Origin: Nemertoderma westbladi
Lineage: Eukaryota > Animalia > Xenacoelomorpha
DNA length: 64,000 nucleotides
Reading direction: 5' to 3'
Assembly: GCA_032718475.1 (NCBI GenBank)
Contig: JAUCBJ010000109.1
Span: 1-64,000, forward strand
Under the pieces are notes generated by a model. It was given only the letters and a program-made list of their open reading frames with translations. It searched no databases and was not told where the DNA came from. Made by a program: the position numbers and the translations under genes. The number at the start of each line of letters is the position of its first letter. Within the stretch, counting starts at the first letter, position 1. Shown piece by piece: positions 1 to 11,798 of this stretch.

Positions 1-149
1 ACACTGGGGGATAAATTCGGTTGGGGATAGTACTCGAATGTTACAATCCTCCTACTGAGATCTTATTTCTGAATATTTCAGAATGCGAAATAGTTTTTCC
101 TCTGCTCTACCATCGCTGTCGGAGAACATATTAGGCATACAATGGGAAC

Positions 150-1925
150 ATGGAGAACATTCCATACCCTTTCGTTGATACTCAGCTGATTGCTCCTTGG
201 GCCGAAGGCCGAGGTTTCTTTCGCACTATGTATGCCAATACACCCAGCGGCATTACTAAAGTACAACGGACATCCATCGGACATCTTGCCTTTCAAGAAT
301 ATGGTTGGAATTTCAAAGTTGGAAATCCTATAAATTACCAGCAAGTATATGGAGATCATTACTCTCGTTTATATTTTGATGGACCATTAACTGCGCCTGG
401 TGCCGTATATAGCTTTATGAGTGTTCCCCTTCGCCCTTCCTTAGCTATATACACGATCTTTGAAAACGCAGCACTTGCCGGTTGGCTAGCCGATGTGTGC
501 AGTCGTACCATACGCGCTCATCCGTTAATACTTGGAACTAAACTCGCCAAGTTAGATGAACATAATAAGTTCATACGTTTCGAATGTTTCCGGCGCTTTC
601 TGACTCCGTTCCGTAACGTCGATAGTCAGTTCAAGGACCGCGCGCTGACCAAGCTCAGTCTTAGAGACTCAGCTGCGGAGAAACTGAGTAGCGCTGGATT
701 TGCCGTCTTTCAAGACGTTTGTATACAGAACCTACATTCATCCGTTATACAAAGACCCCGAATATCTACAGGTTATTCTGTCGTGGAAATACAGACAGTG
801 GGTCCACTTACGGAAACCGACGCACCCACTTCGTCTATACAGCTGGAGGATGAACCAGTATGCTTGGAATCAGAAGCGATTCAACCTACGGCTTCCCGGA
901 GCAGTGACAATGATTATGTCATAGAGTGGTATCAAGGTCCACAGCGTCTCACAGCGTACGATTATCGACACGCCAATTACGTTTCCCGAAAACGTTGTCG
1001 ATTATGCGCATCGAGAGACCACTTCACTCCTCTAGACTCGAGCGTACCTTGTTCCTATTTCCTCGAACAACCGATGATGGAAATATATTGTGCTTATTGC
1101 CGGCTTAATAACTCTCATATATTTGCCGTCTGCCCACAATTTATGACTCAATGTCACTACTGCCAACTTAAAGGACACGAAAGTTACAATTGTCCCTTTA
1201 ATCGCGATTTAGAGAGCGTAGACGAGATGATCACCCTGCGATACATCCGAGCTTGGGAAGCGAACGCAGATTTACATTGCGAATCCAGACATCGCTATTA
1301 CCCTGGACGAGCTTACGAGGGAGTTTACGCGTTCCATCCTTACCTATTCGCGTCGATTGAACAGAAAACACGCGTACCAAGTTACGAGTTAATAAAGCGT
1401 GTTGGTGAGTGTATTTCCACCAAGTTTGTCAGGAAATACCTTAGAAACGTTAACCCTAATGATATAACCACATATCACCTGATCAATTTTATCCGTCAGG
1501 ACCCTGAGTATGGCGACATTTTCGTGAACTCGCATCCTGAACTCCAGGAAGTATCTCGGCGCCCATATGAATATCGAACCCGAGAACGCGAGCTGGAGAG
1601 AACCATTAAACCGAGAAAGTTCCTCACCACTCACGGTCCACCCACCGCTAGTGTCCAGACGACCCGTCAAGGACCCGTAGGAGCTGCTGTCCTGAGACGC
1701 GCTCTAAAGGCCGTTAGATCTCGCTCCACTGAGGTTGATATTAATCAACCAGGTACTTCGACCGGCGGGTATACCGATCGTAACCCTGCACCTTCTGATG
1801 CAATTATATTGCACCCTTCGCCTAGGAGCTACAGCCCTCCTCGTAAAGTGGCTCGCCCCAAAGAGAAAATGACTCTTGCTAGCTTTAAAAAACTGCGTAA
1901 ACGCCATCCGCGCAAGAAAGACTAA
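150..1925 (+). CDS. 591-aa extra ORF just upstream of the 3' LTR; cluster of CCHC zinc knuckles and a basic NLS-like C-terminus; function unknown
   Basis: Uninterrupted non-repetitive ORF. Motifs CRLC-x4-H-x9-C, CAYC-x5-H-x4-C and CHYC-x4-H-x4-C; tail KKLRKRHPRKKD. No obvious signal peptide or transmembrane helix. Confidence 0.75.
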   Translation: MENIPYPFVDTQLIAPWAEGRGFFRTMYANTPSGITKVQRTSIGHLAFQEYGWNFKVGNPINYQQVYGDHYSRLYFDGPLTAPGAVYSFMSVPLRPSLAIYTIFENAALAGWLADVCSRTIRAHPLILGTKLAKLDEHNKFIRFECFRRFLTPFRNVDSQFKDRALTKLSLRDSAAEKLSSAGFAVFQDVCIQNLHSSVIQRPRISTGYSVVEIQTVGPLTETDAPTSSIQLEDEPVCLESEAIQPTASRSSDNDYVIEWYQGPQRLTAYDYRHANYVSRKRCRLCASRDHFTPLDSSVPCSYFLEQPMMEIYCAYCRLNNSHIFAVCPQFMTQCHYCQLKGHESYNCPFNRDLESVDEMITLRYIRAWEANADLHCESRHRYYPGRAYEGVYAFHPYLFASIEQKTRVPSYELIKRVGECISTKFVRKYLRNVNPNDITTYHLINFIRQDPEYGDIFVNSHPELQEVSRRPYEYRTRERELERTIKPRKFLTTHGPPTASVQTTRQGPVGAAVLRRALKAVRSRSTEVDINQPGTSTGGYTDRNPAPSDAIILHPSPRSYSPPRKVARPKEKMTLASFKKLRKRHPRKKD

Positions 1926-2003
1926 CTGTTTAGAGTATTTTTATATTTTAGAAACTGTGATTTTGTATATTTTATAGACTTAAATCCCATTTTCTGGGAG
2001 CGG

Positions 2004-3216
2004 TGTAAAAGCTTTTGTGGGATAACTGATTCGTTTGCCTTGTTGGCCAGTTCCCCCCCGGTCGCTAGAATACTCTCAAGGGGATCTATAGCTAAAATAG
2101 TGCAAGCTACCAGCTTATTGGCTGATTTGCTGTACGCAGGTATCTGGGCTCTGTTTAATCGGCCAACCAGCCTAGGAAGGTTGCGTCATAGCCTTGTTTT
2201 TGTATCTCCCAATAGAATTTGAGTTAGCCTTGATTTTGACCTATCACAGAGCTACTGAACTGAAATTTTCCTATCTCACTGCTCTTTCTCTGTGTTGAAC
2301 GGGAGCTTCGTGGAATAAGGGTAGTTGGTATCCTCGTATAGAGTAGTAGTCACGAGTTTTTCAAAGCCACGAAAGAACGGCTTTGTAGTGTTTTATGTTT
2401 TCTGCTTTTTAGCTCAACACTAGTAGGTTTAATTATAAGGACATATATCCTTTAACGCATTTGACACACCGTACCACACCACACACGGCTTTTAATAACT
2501 GACGTATAACTGCTGAAACTGCTAAAATTACCTGCTCAATCGATACTGTATACTGCTATTTGTTGTCGGTTATTCATTATATTTGTTGATGAATTATTAT
2601 ATTGGAATAACGAGAAATAACCCCGAAAACCCAATATTCTTGATATACCGAAGGTAAGAGAGAAAGGTTACCAATAACGATTGTGACTTATGTTAAAGTG
2701 GTTTGAAGTGAATCTAATGTTATTTGATAGACCCTACATGAGTCAGTCTGTGTTCCTTTTATATGTGACTAAAATCAGTGAAGATTGGCAGATTAGTGTG
2801 CAGTATTGTGCAGCATTGTGTATGAGTGAGTCTGTTAAAGAAGCATTTCCTAAAGAATGCGCCATATATGTGAATTATAATTAAGCCATATCGTTGTGAG
2901 TAGTTTAAGTCATAACTCTGTTTATATAAATAAAGCGCCACGTCCTAAAGGAACTGTTAATATTCCCTAAGGTGAATAATATTGTCAGAGATTATATAAT
3001 ACTGTCAGTCGAATAATACATTAGGCTTACATAGCAATAAAATTAAACCGTCGAACCCAATCTCCCGGGAATATCCAGCGGGTGAATGATCGCGCACAGA
3101 TTGGTTTCGACTAGTGTAGTGAATCAAATACTTGTCATAGGCTAAAAAGCGATTTAATATCTAGAAGACATCTTAATTTGGCGGGTTAAACTGCCAAAGG
3201 TCTGAAAGCGCGAACA
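2004..3216 (+). repeat. 3' LTR of copy A (1213 bp, TGT...ACA)
   Basis: Same termini as the LTRs at 13614 and 23844. Strong similarity from about 2190 onward; the first ~180 bp after the terminal 14 nt differ. Confidence 0.92.
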
Positions 3217-5755
3217 TACACCACCTTTCCATTATAGAATAATACCCATGGTACACCCCCTTTTAATATCCATGGTACACCCCCTTTCCATTATAGAATA
3301 ATAATACCCATGGTACACCCCCTTTCCATTATAGAATAATAATACCCATGGTACACCCCCTTTTAATATCCATGGTACACCCCCTTTCCATTATAGAATA
3401 ATAATACCCATGGTACACCCCCTTTCCATTATAGAATAATAATACCCATGGTAAACCCCCTTTCCATTATAGAATAATAATACCTATGGTACACCCCCTT
3501 TTAATATCCATGGTACACCCCCTTTTAATATCCATGGTACACCCCCTTTTAATATCCATGGTACACCCCCTTTTAATATCCATGGTACACACCATTTCCA
3601 TTATAGAATAATAATACCCATGGTACACCCCCTTTTAATATCCATGGTAAACCCCCTTTCCATTATAGAATAATAATACCCATGGTACACCCCCTTTCCA
3701 TTATAGAATAATAATATCCATGGTAAACCCCCTTTTAATATCCATGGTACACACCATTTCCATTATAGAATAATAATATCCATGGTACACCCCCTTTCCA
3801 TTATAGAATAATAATACCCATGGTAAACCCCCTTTCCATTATAGAATAATAATACCCATGGTACACCCCCTTTCCATTATAGAATAATAATACCCATGGT
3901 AAACCCCCTTTTAATATCCATGGTACACACCATTTCCATTATAGAATAATAATATCCATGGTACGCCCCCTTTCCATTATAGAATAATAATATCCATGGT
4001 ACACCCCCTTTCCATTATAGAATAATAATATCCATGGTAAACCCCCTTTCCATTATAGAATAATAATACCCATGGTAAACCCCCTTTCCATTATAGAATA
4101 ATAATACCCATGGTAAACCCCCTTTCCATTATAGAATAATAATACCCATGGTACACCCCCTTTTAATATCCATGGTAAACCCCCTTTCCATTATAGAATA
4201 ATAATACCCATGGTAAACCCCCTTTCCATTATAGAATAATAATACCAATGGTACACCCCCTTTTAATATCCATGGTAAACCCCCTTTCCATTATAGAATA
4301 ATAATACCCATGGTAAACCCCCTTTCCATTATAGAATAATAATACCCATGGTACACCCCCTTTCCATTATAGAATAATAATACCCATGGTAAACCCCCTT
4401 TCCATTATAGAATAATAATACCCATGGTACACCCCCTTTTAATATCCATGGTAAACCCCCTTTCCATTATAGAATAATAATACCCATGGTAAACCCCCTT
4501 TCCATTATAGAATAATAATACCCATGGTACACCCCCTTTTAATATCCATGGTAAACCCCCTTTCCATTATAGAATAATAATACCCATGGTAAACCCCCTT
4601 TCCATTATAGAATAATAATACCCATGGTAAACCCCCTTTCCATTATAGAATAATAATACCCATGGTACACCCCCTTTTAATATCCATGGTAAACCCCCTT
4701 TCCATTATAGAATAATAATACCCATGGTAAACCCCCTTTCCATTATAGAATAATAATACCCATGGTACACCCCCTTTTAATATCCATGGTACACCCCCTT
4801 TCCATTATAGAATAATAATACCCATGGTAAACCCCCTTTCCATTATAGAATAATAATACCCATGGTACACCCCCTTTTAATATCCATGGTAAACCCCCTT
4901 TCCATTATAGAATAATAATACCCATGGTAAACCCCCTTTCCATTATAGAATAATAATACCCATGGTAAACCCCCTTTCCATTATAGAATAATAATACCCA
5001 TGGTACACCCCCTTTTAATATCCATGGTAAACCCCCTTTCCATTATAGAATAATAATACCCATGGTAAACCCCCTTTCCATTATAGAATAATAATACCCA
5101 TGGTACACCCCCTTTTAATATCCATGGTACACCCCCTTTCCATTATAGAATAATAATACCCATGGTAAACCCCCTTTCCATTATAGAATAATAATACCCA
5201 TGGTACACCCCCTTTTAATATCCATGGTACACCCCCTTTCCATTATAGAATAATAATACCCATGGTAAACCCCCTTTCCATTATAGAATAATAATACCCA
5301 TGGTACACCCCCTTTTAATATCCATGGTACACACCATTTCCATTATAGAATAATAATACCCATGGTACACCCCCTTTCCATTATAGAATAATAATATCCA
5401 TGGTAAACCCCCTTTCCATTATAGAATAATAATACCAATGGTACACCCCCTTTTAATATCCATGGTACACCCCCTTTTAATATCCATGGTACACCCCCTT
5501 TTAATATCCATGGTACACCCCCTTTCCATTATAGAATAATAATATCCATGGTAAACCCCCTTTCCATTATAGAATAATATTACCCATGGTACACCCCCTT
5601 TCCATTATAGAATAATAATATCCATGGTAAACCCCCTTTCCATTATAGAATAATAATACCCATGGTACAGCCCCTTTCCATTATAGAATAATAATACCCA
5701 TGGTACACCCCCTTTCCATTATAGAATAATAATATCCATGGTAAACCCCCTTTCC
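3217..5755. repeat. Satellite 1: 38-bp unit CCATGGTACACCCCCTTTCCATTATAGAATAATAATAC mixed with a 23-24-bp deletion variant
   Basis: Directly visible tandem array. Confidence 0.97.
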
Positions 5756-6207
5756 TTGTGTCTGGTTTGTAATTCAGGGGCAATAGAAGATGAACTAAAT
5801 TTTTTATTGATATGTCCGGCTTACAGAGAACTCAGATCAGATAGAATATATAAAACGGTATTTCCACATAATCCCGACCGAATACAAATTTCGTAAACTA
5901 CTTTTATCTCAGTCCAGACTTGAAATCAAAAATCTATATATTTTCACATATAAGGGATTTAAACTTCGTAATAACTTATTGGCGTAGATCTTTTCAAATT
6001 ATGTACTGTTATCGTTACTTTACAATCTTTTAGACAATCATTACTTTATTTCGGCGCTGGAGTTACAAACTGTAAATATGTTTAATAATTTGGTGTTCCA
6101 TGTATCCTCCATGTATCAGATGCACTGTGCAGTTATTTATATTATGTATATTCAACTCACAGCCCGAATAGTGCTAGTTGCTTCTATTAAACGAATTATG
6201 TTTGTTG
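5756..6207 (+). mobile_element. 5'-truncated non-LTR retrotransposon (LINE) 3' end inserted in satellite 1
   Basis: Translates as LCLVCNSGAIEDELNFLLICPAYRELR, matching the C-terminal C-x2-C...EDE.HF...CP.Y..LR zinc motif of LINE ORF2 proteins. A frameshifted tail, 3' UTR, ATTAAA and a short TTG-rich tail follow. The satellite resumes at TTCC. Confidence 0.7.
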
Positions 6208-6540
6208 TTCCAATATAGAATAATAATACCCATGGTACACCCCCCTTTCCAATATAGAATAATAATACCCATGGTACACCCCCTTTCCAATATAGAATAA
6301 TAATACCCATGGTACAGCCCCTTTCCATTATAGAATAATACCCATGTTACACCACCTTTCCAATATAGAATAATACCCATGGTACACCCCCTTTTAATAT
6401 CCATGGTACACACAATTTCCAATATAGCATAATAATAATACCCATGGTACACCCCCTTTCCAATATAGCATAATAATATCCGTGGTACACCGCCTTTCCA
6501 ATATATAATAATAATATCCATGGTACACACCATTTCTAAT
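6208..6540. repeat. Satellite 1 continuation (more diverged units)
   Basis: Same CCATGGTACACCCCCTTTCCAATATAG unit. Confidence 0.93.
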
Positions 6541-6710
6541 CCATGTAGCATAACCGCCTACCCATAATTTATTATTGGTTTATTAGAGGGTTGAGCACAG
6601 TGGCAGCAGATGATGGTATTAAACAAATGGGAGGCCACGAGGAGATTAATTGCGGACATACAAGGTATCGGGTAGTATAGTATTTCCAGGTTCTGGTTTA
6701 CCTTTTACCT

Positions 6711-6817
6711 GACCAGCTAGCTGAATGGTTAGAGCGTCAGATTTCCAACCCGGGGGTCTCCAGTTCGATCCCACCTGGATGTCATCTCCGACTTTGCAAA
6801 GCTGGACCCAAAAAAAG
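6711..6817 (+). mobile_element. tRNA-derived SINE head or tRNA pseudogene
   Basis: Pol III A box TAGCTGAATGG and B box GTTCGATCC at tRNA spacing. The anticodon and acceptor stems pair poorly, and a short A-run follows. Confidence 0.6.
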
Positions 6818-7116
6818 TTATAATAATGTGAAACAACTCATTCACCCATAACACCAATAGTAAATTATAAAAATATACCGGACGCATTTCCCTATGCGTG
6901 TTACTGTTCAGCCTAAATTAGTAGTTACTAGAGTGTATAATTAATCATTGTGGCCGCAATGGTTCATGATTAATATACAACACCCTTTCGTTGTACCGAG
7001 TGGTTAAAGACGGCCAAGTAGCCTAGAGTTTAGGATTGAGTACAGTGGCAGCATATGATGATGGTAGTAACTCATGAGGTGGTCAATTGCGGACATACAA
7101 GGTATATAATTAAGAA

Positions 7117-7200
7117 TTCCAATGGTACACCCCCTTTCCAAAATAGAATAATAATACCCTTGGTAGACACCATTTCCATTATAGAATAATAATACCCATG
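7117..7200. repeat. Two further diverged satellite 1 units
   Basis: CCAATGGTACACCCCTTTCC...ATAGAATAATAATACCC. Confidence 0.8.
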
Positions 7201-7811
7201 AAACAGATAATTTGAAAACTTCATAGCTAACCAATGTTGCCATGGGCCCAGATCCTAATGGAAAAATATCGGATAAAATACGCAGGATGAGAAATAAAAT
7301 AAATTTCGCCGACTCGCGAAATAGTTAGTGAACTATTTCAAGTCCTTTTAATCCACTTTTATTAATAACTGCAATTATTGATTACCGATACCACCTTTGA
7401 TTTGTTTCATTTTATACAAATAGATAAGGAAGAGGCAATAAGATAGCTATATTGAGTCTTCGATCATGTTGTATACACACATCGCTTTATTGTCGAAGGG
7501 TTGCCACACTTTATTTACCACTTTTCAATGTTATGTAATTGTTTCACAAAGTTTGCGGATTCTTTAGTCTCTAATTTAAGGAAGCCCTCCATAGGATTTT
7601 TGGCTAATTTGTGTTTATATAACTAACAAGCCGCCAATGGTGCAAACCTTAGAAGTATTGGTATTGGACTGAAATGTGGCTTCTCTGATCCTCGTATGTT
7701 GTCGGTAAATATGTGTAAAAATACAAAATGGTACATTAATGATAATAACATATACCTAATTAATGTGTGTAAGGAGATGCTGAAGTGTAAAACAAATGAA
7801 TTATTCGTGCA

Positions 7812-7922
7812 GGGTTTCTCGGGATTCTCGGGTTTCTCGGGTTTCTCGGGATTCTCGGGTTTCTCGGGTTTCTCGGGTTTCTCGGGATTCTCGGGTTTCT
7901 CGGGATTCTCGGGTTTCTCGGA
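7812..7922. repeat. 9-bp minisatellite GGG(T/A)TTCTC, about 12 copies
   Basis: Directly visible. Confidence 0.95.
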
Positions 7923-7999
7923 CTGAATTGAATTATATGTTAAAATTTGTGTTTGGCACACGGTAATTTTAATTATTGCTTATTGTAAGATTTTTTGTC

Positions 8000-9990
8000 C
8001 AGCACTCGAAAACATTGAAAGATTCGAGAATGAAAGTCAGCACTCGAAAACATTGAAAGATTCGAGAATGAAAGTCAGCACTCGAAAACATTGAAAGATT
8101 CGAGAATGAAAGTCAGCACTCGAAAACATTGAAAGATTCGAGAATGAAAGTCAGCACTCGAAAACATTGAAAGATTCGAGAATGAAAGTCAGCACTCGAA
8201 AACATTGAAAGATTCGAGAATGAAAGTCAGCACTCGAAAACATTGAAAGATTCGAGAATGAAAGTCAGCACTCGAAAACATTGAAAGATTCGAGAATGAA
8301 AGTCAGCACTCGAAAACGTTGAAAGATTCGAGAATGAAAGTCAGCACTCGAAAACATTGAAAGATTCGAGAATGAAAGTCAGCACTCGAAAACATTGAAA
8401 GATTCGAGAATGAAAGTCAGCACTCCAAAACCTTGAAAGGTTCGAGAATGAAAGTCAGCACTCCAAAACCTTGAAAGGTTCGAGAATGAAAGTCAGCACT
8501 CGAAAACATTGAAAGATTCGAGAATGAAAGTCAGCACTCGAAAACATTGAAAGGTTCGAGAATGAAAGTCAGCACTCGAAAACATTGAAAGATTCGAGAA
8601 TGAAAGTCAGCACTCGAAAACATTGAAAGGTTCGAGAATGAAAGTCAGCACTCGAAAACATTGAAAGATTCGAGAATGAAAGTCAGCACTCGAAAACATT
8701 GAAAGGTTCGAGAATGAAAGTCAGCACTCGAAAACATTGAAAGATTCGAGAATGAAAGTCAGCACTCGAAAACATTGAAAGGTTCGAGAATGAAAGTCAG
8801 CACTCGAAAACATTGAAAGATTCGAGAATGAAAGTCAGCACTCGAAAACATTGAAAGATTCGAGAATGAAAGTCAGCACTCGAAAACATTGAAAGATTCG
8901 AGAATGAAAGTCAGCACTCGAAAACATTGAAAGATTCGAGAATGAAAGTCAGCACTCCAAAACCTTGAAAGGTTCGAGAATGAAAGTCAGCACTCCAAAA
9001 CCTTGAAAGGTTCGAGAATGAAAGTCAGCACTCGAAAACATTGAAAGATTCGAGAATGAAAGTCAGCACTCGAAAACATTGAAAGGTTCGAGAATGAAAG
9101 TCAGCACTCGAAAACATTGAAAGATTCGAGAATGAAAGTCAGCACTCGAAAACATTGAAAGATTCGAGAATGAAAGTCAGCACTCGAAAACATTGAAAGA
9201 TTCGAGAATGAAAGTCAGCACTCGAAAACATTGAAAGATTCGAGAATGAAAGTCAGCACTCCAAAACCTTGAAAGGTTCGAGAACACTCCAAAACCTTGA
9301 AAGGTTCGAAACTGAAAGTCAGCACTCCAAAACCTTGAAAGGTTCGAAAATGAAAGTCAGCACTCCAAAACCTTGAAAGGTTCGAGAATGAAAGTCAGCA
9401 CTCCAAAACCTTGAAAGGTTCGAGACTGAAAGTCAGCACTCCAAAACCTTGAAAGGATTGATAATGAAAGTCAGCACTCCAAAACCTTGAAAGGTTCGAG
9501 AATGAAAGTCAGCACTCCAAAACCTTGAAAGGTTCGAGATTGAAAGTCAGCACTCCAAAACCTTGAAAGGTTCGAGACTGAAAGTCAGCACTCCAAAACC
9601 TTGAAAGGATTGATAATGAAAGTCAGCACTCCAAAACCTTGAAAGGATTGATACTGAAAGTCAGCACTCCAAAACCTTGAAAGGATTGATAATGAAAGTC
9701 AGCACTACAAAACCTTGAAAAGTTCGAGAATGAAAGTCAGCACTCCAAAACCTTGAAAGGTTCGCGAATGAAAGTCAGCACTCCAAAACCTTGAAATTGT
9801 TCGAGAATGAAAGTCAGCACTCCAAAACCTTGAAAGGTTCGAGACTTAAAGTCAGGACTCCAAAACCTTGAAATGTTCGAGAATGAAAGTCAGCACTCCA
9901 AAACCTTGAAAGGTTCGAGAATGAAAGTCAGCACTCCAAAACCTTGAAAGGTTCGAGACTGAAAGTCAGCACTCCAAAACCTTGAAAGAT
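8000..9990. repeat. Satellite 2: 38-bp unit CAGCACTCGAAAACATTGAAAGATTCGAGAATGAAAGT, about 52 copies
   Basis: Directly visible. The variant CACTCCAAAACCTTGAAAGGTTCG dominates to the right of about 9260. Confidence 0.97.
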
Positions 9991-10102
9991 TTAAGAACGT
10001 AAGTACTCCACTCTAAGAGATCAAAATCCTCTGAGAAAATCGAGTAACGAAAGGCAGCGAATCCGCGAGAAAATACCAATAAAGTGTACAAGAAGGACTC
10101 AC

Positions 10103-10205
10103 CATTCTGGTTGCTAAGGTAATTAATGTAGGCCAATACGAGGTCTTCCTTAGCTCCGTACTTCTTCATTCCCAGTTCAAATATCTTGAATGTGATTTGG
10201 GGATC
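10103..10205 (-). CDS. CSTF3: CstF-77 exon (DPQITFKIFELGMKKYGAKEDLVLAYINYLSNQN+G)
   Basis: Acceptor tttattgtag|GAT, donor AATG|gtgagt. Matches the CSTF3 segment DKSVAFKIFELGLKKYG...YVLAYIDYLSHLNE as I recall it, and joins the exon at 52408-52551 in phase 0. Confidence 0.93.
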
Positions 10206-10703
10206 CTACAATAAAATAAATTTTAAATTTATTGTGAGACTCGTTCATGTTGCCTTGGTAACTTGACACGAAATACAAAGTACAATCAATGTTTGTAGTC
10301 AAGGAATGACGTTTTGGAATCACTTACCTGCCAATAAATAGCCTTTAGTTAATTTATTTTAAACTTGCTTTGAAGGGCCCATAAACTATTTTCTCTCTAA
10401 AAACTCATTGCACTCAACTTTAAACTTATATACGAACAAACTATACAACTAATTTGACATTACAGGCTTCAGCTGCAGTGGCTTACTTACCTTATTATTT
10501 AAAATAGTATTCCATCTATACCGACACTATATAATATATTAGCTATGAAGATGTACAGCTGATGTAGATGTATACGGCAATGTAGATGTGGTGGCTTACC
10601 TTACTAGTAGTAGTACTTCCATCAAGAGCTATGTAAATGTGGTGGTTTACCTTACTACAGTAGTACTCCATCAACAGCTATGTAGATGTGGTGGTTTACC
10701 TTA

Positions 10704-11798
10704 GGGGTCATCCATAAAAGACGTCCGAGAAAATCCCGAATTTTTGGACCCCCCCCTCCCCCCTGTCCGCGAATGTCCGGTTTTTGACCCCCCCCCCCCC
10801 CCCCTCCCCCTATTCGGACGTCCGAATTTTAGAAAATAAAACAGAAAACAAATACACGAATTGCATAACGAATGCATTGCATTGCACGAATGCATTGCAG
10901 ACTCTATTTCACCTGGCAATGCAGACTCTATGACCTCAGGGGAGGCAGATTCTATGATCTGGGGGGAGGCAGACTCCATGATCTGAGGTGCTGTCAATGC
11001 GATCTGTAAGATGCTGTCAATGCACCTCGTATGGCAGAGGCAGGTTGACCTGTCTCTGCGGATTCTGCAGCACCACATGCGCTGGACTCTGTGGCGCCAA
11101 TCGAATAAGTTTGGAACATATGCCATGCATTTATCTTCGCGGCTGATTGGCGGTGTACCAATTCTTGTAATTGTGATTTCTTGGCCAACAGGGCCGCTTT
11201 ATCTTTTTTGAGCAAGTTCCATTCTTCTTGCCCCTTTCGGAATTGCTTCTCACTAGATAACTCGCTATGCGACTTTCTATATAGTTCGATAAATTTATTG
11301 TATTCCGACATTGCTGGGAGTTATTACCGGTACCGGTAGCCTATTTATCGTGCAGCCTTAGGCCTGCCGGGAGTGGGCACTAGTAAAGAATAGGGGACCG
11401 CAGTACTGACCAGTACATTATCAAACTGAAACTACTTATTAGCCAGTATAATATAGCGTTACGGTACGGGCTTAATACATTGTAATACATGATAAACTTA
11501 ACGTATACTGTACAGTGTACAGGTACACCCATCAAGGGTTAGGTTGGCCGTCTCCCCAGATTCTGAAACTTGAAACGTTTACTTTCACTTTAAATATGCG
11601 GGCCTAGGTGCCCATCCGAAAGTTAAGTTTAGACTACATTTGGCCATATGGGCTGCAACGTTGAAAATAAAAAATTTAAAAACAGACGTCCGAATTTTGC
11701 TACACCCCCCCCCCCCCCCCCCCCCTGTCCGTAAATGTCCGGATTTGGCCGACCCCCCTCCCCCCCCTCTAGCGCGGACGTCTTTTATGGATGACCCC
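10704..11798 (-). mobile_element. 1095-bp non-autonomous DNA transposon, Zator-like (PIF/Harbinger as alternative)
   Basis: Perfect 24-bp TIR GGGGTCATCCATAAAAGACGTCCG. TTA target duplication at 10701-10703 and 11799-11801 inside a satellite unit. Subterminal C-runs. Confidence 0.88.
10994..11311 (-). pseudogene. Probable N-terminal remnant of the TIR element's transposase
   Basis: MSEYNKFIELYRKSH...QEEWNLLK...AKINAW is a helical segment resembling Zator transposase N-termini (from memory). No DDE core is present. Confidence 0.45.

Larger units (their letters stand above)
1..3216 (+). mobile_element. 3' part of an LTR retrotransposon (copy A), same family as the BEL/Pao element at 13614-25087; 5' part lies outside the window
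   Basis: 1770-2017 is nearly identical to 23610-23857 (ORF tail, 3' UTR, purine tract GGGAGCGG, LTR start TGTAAAAGCTTTTG). The LTR ends ...GAAAGCGCGAACA at 3216, as in the other copy, and is followed by TACAC and satellite. Confidence 0.9.

Noticed and set aside
150-1925. Calling the extra ORF env or nanos
   Set aside because: There is no signal peptide, transmembrane helix or furin/fusion layout, and the CCHC spacing does not match the nanos pattern.
6711-6783. Functional tRNA gene (TCC anticodon)
   Set aside because: The anticodon and acceptor stems are mispaired and there is no T-run terminator, so it is treated as a SINE or pseudogene.
6584-7107. Diverged ~85-bp direct repeats (CAGTGGCAGCA...ATTGCGGACATACAAGGTAT) as LTRs of a TRIM
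   Set aside because: No TG..CA ends, TSD, PBS or PPT were recognised; probably an old local duplication.
7623-7961. PEK/PEN or GFS repeat proteins
   Set aside because: These are translations of a 9-bp minisatellite with no coding context.
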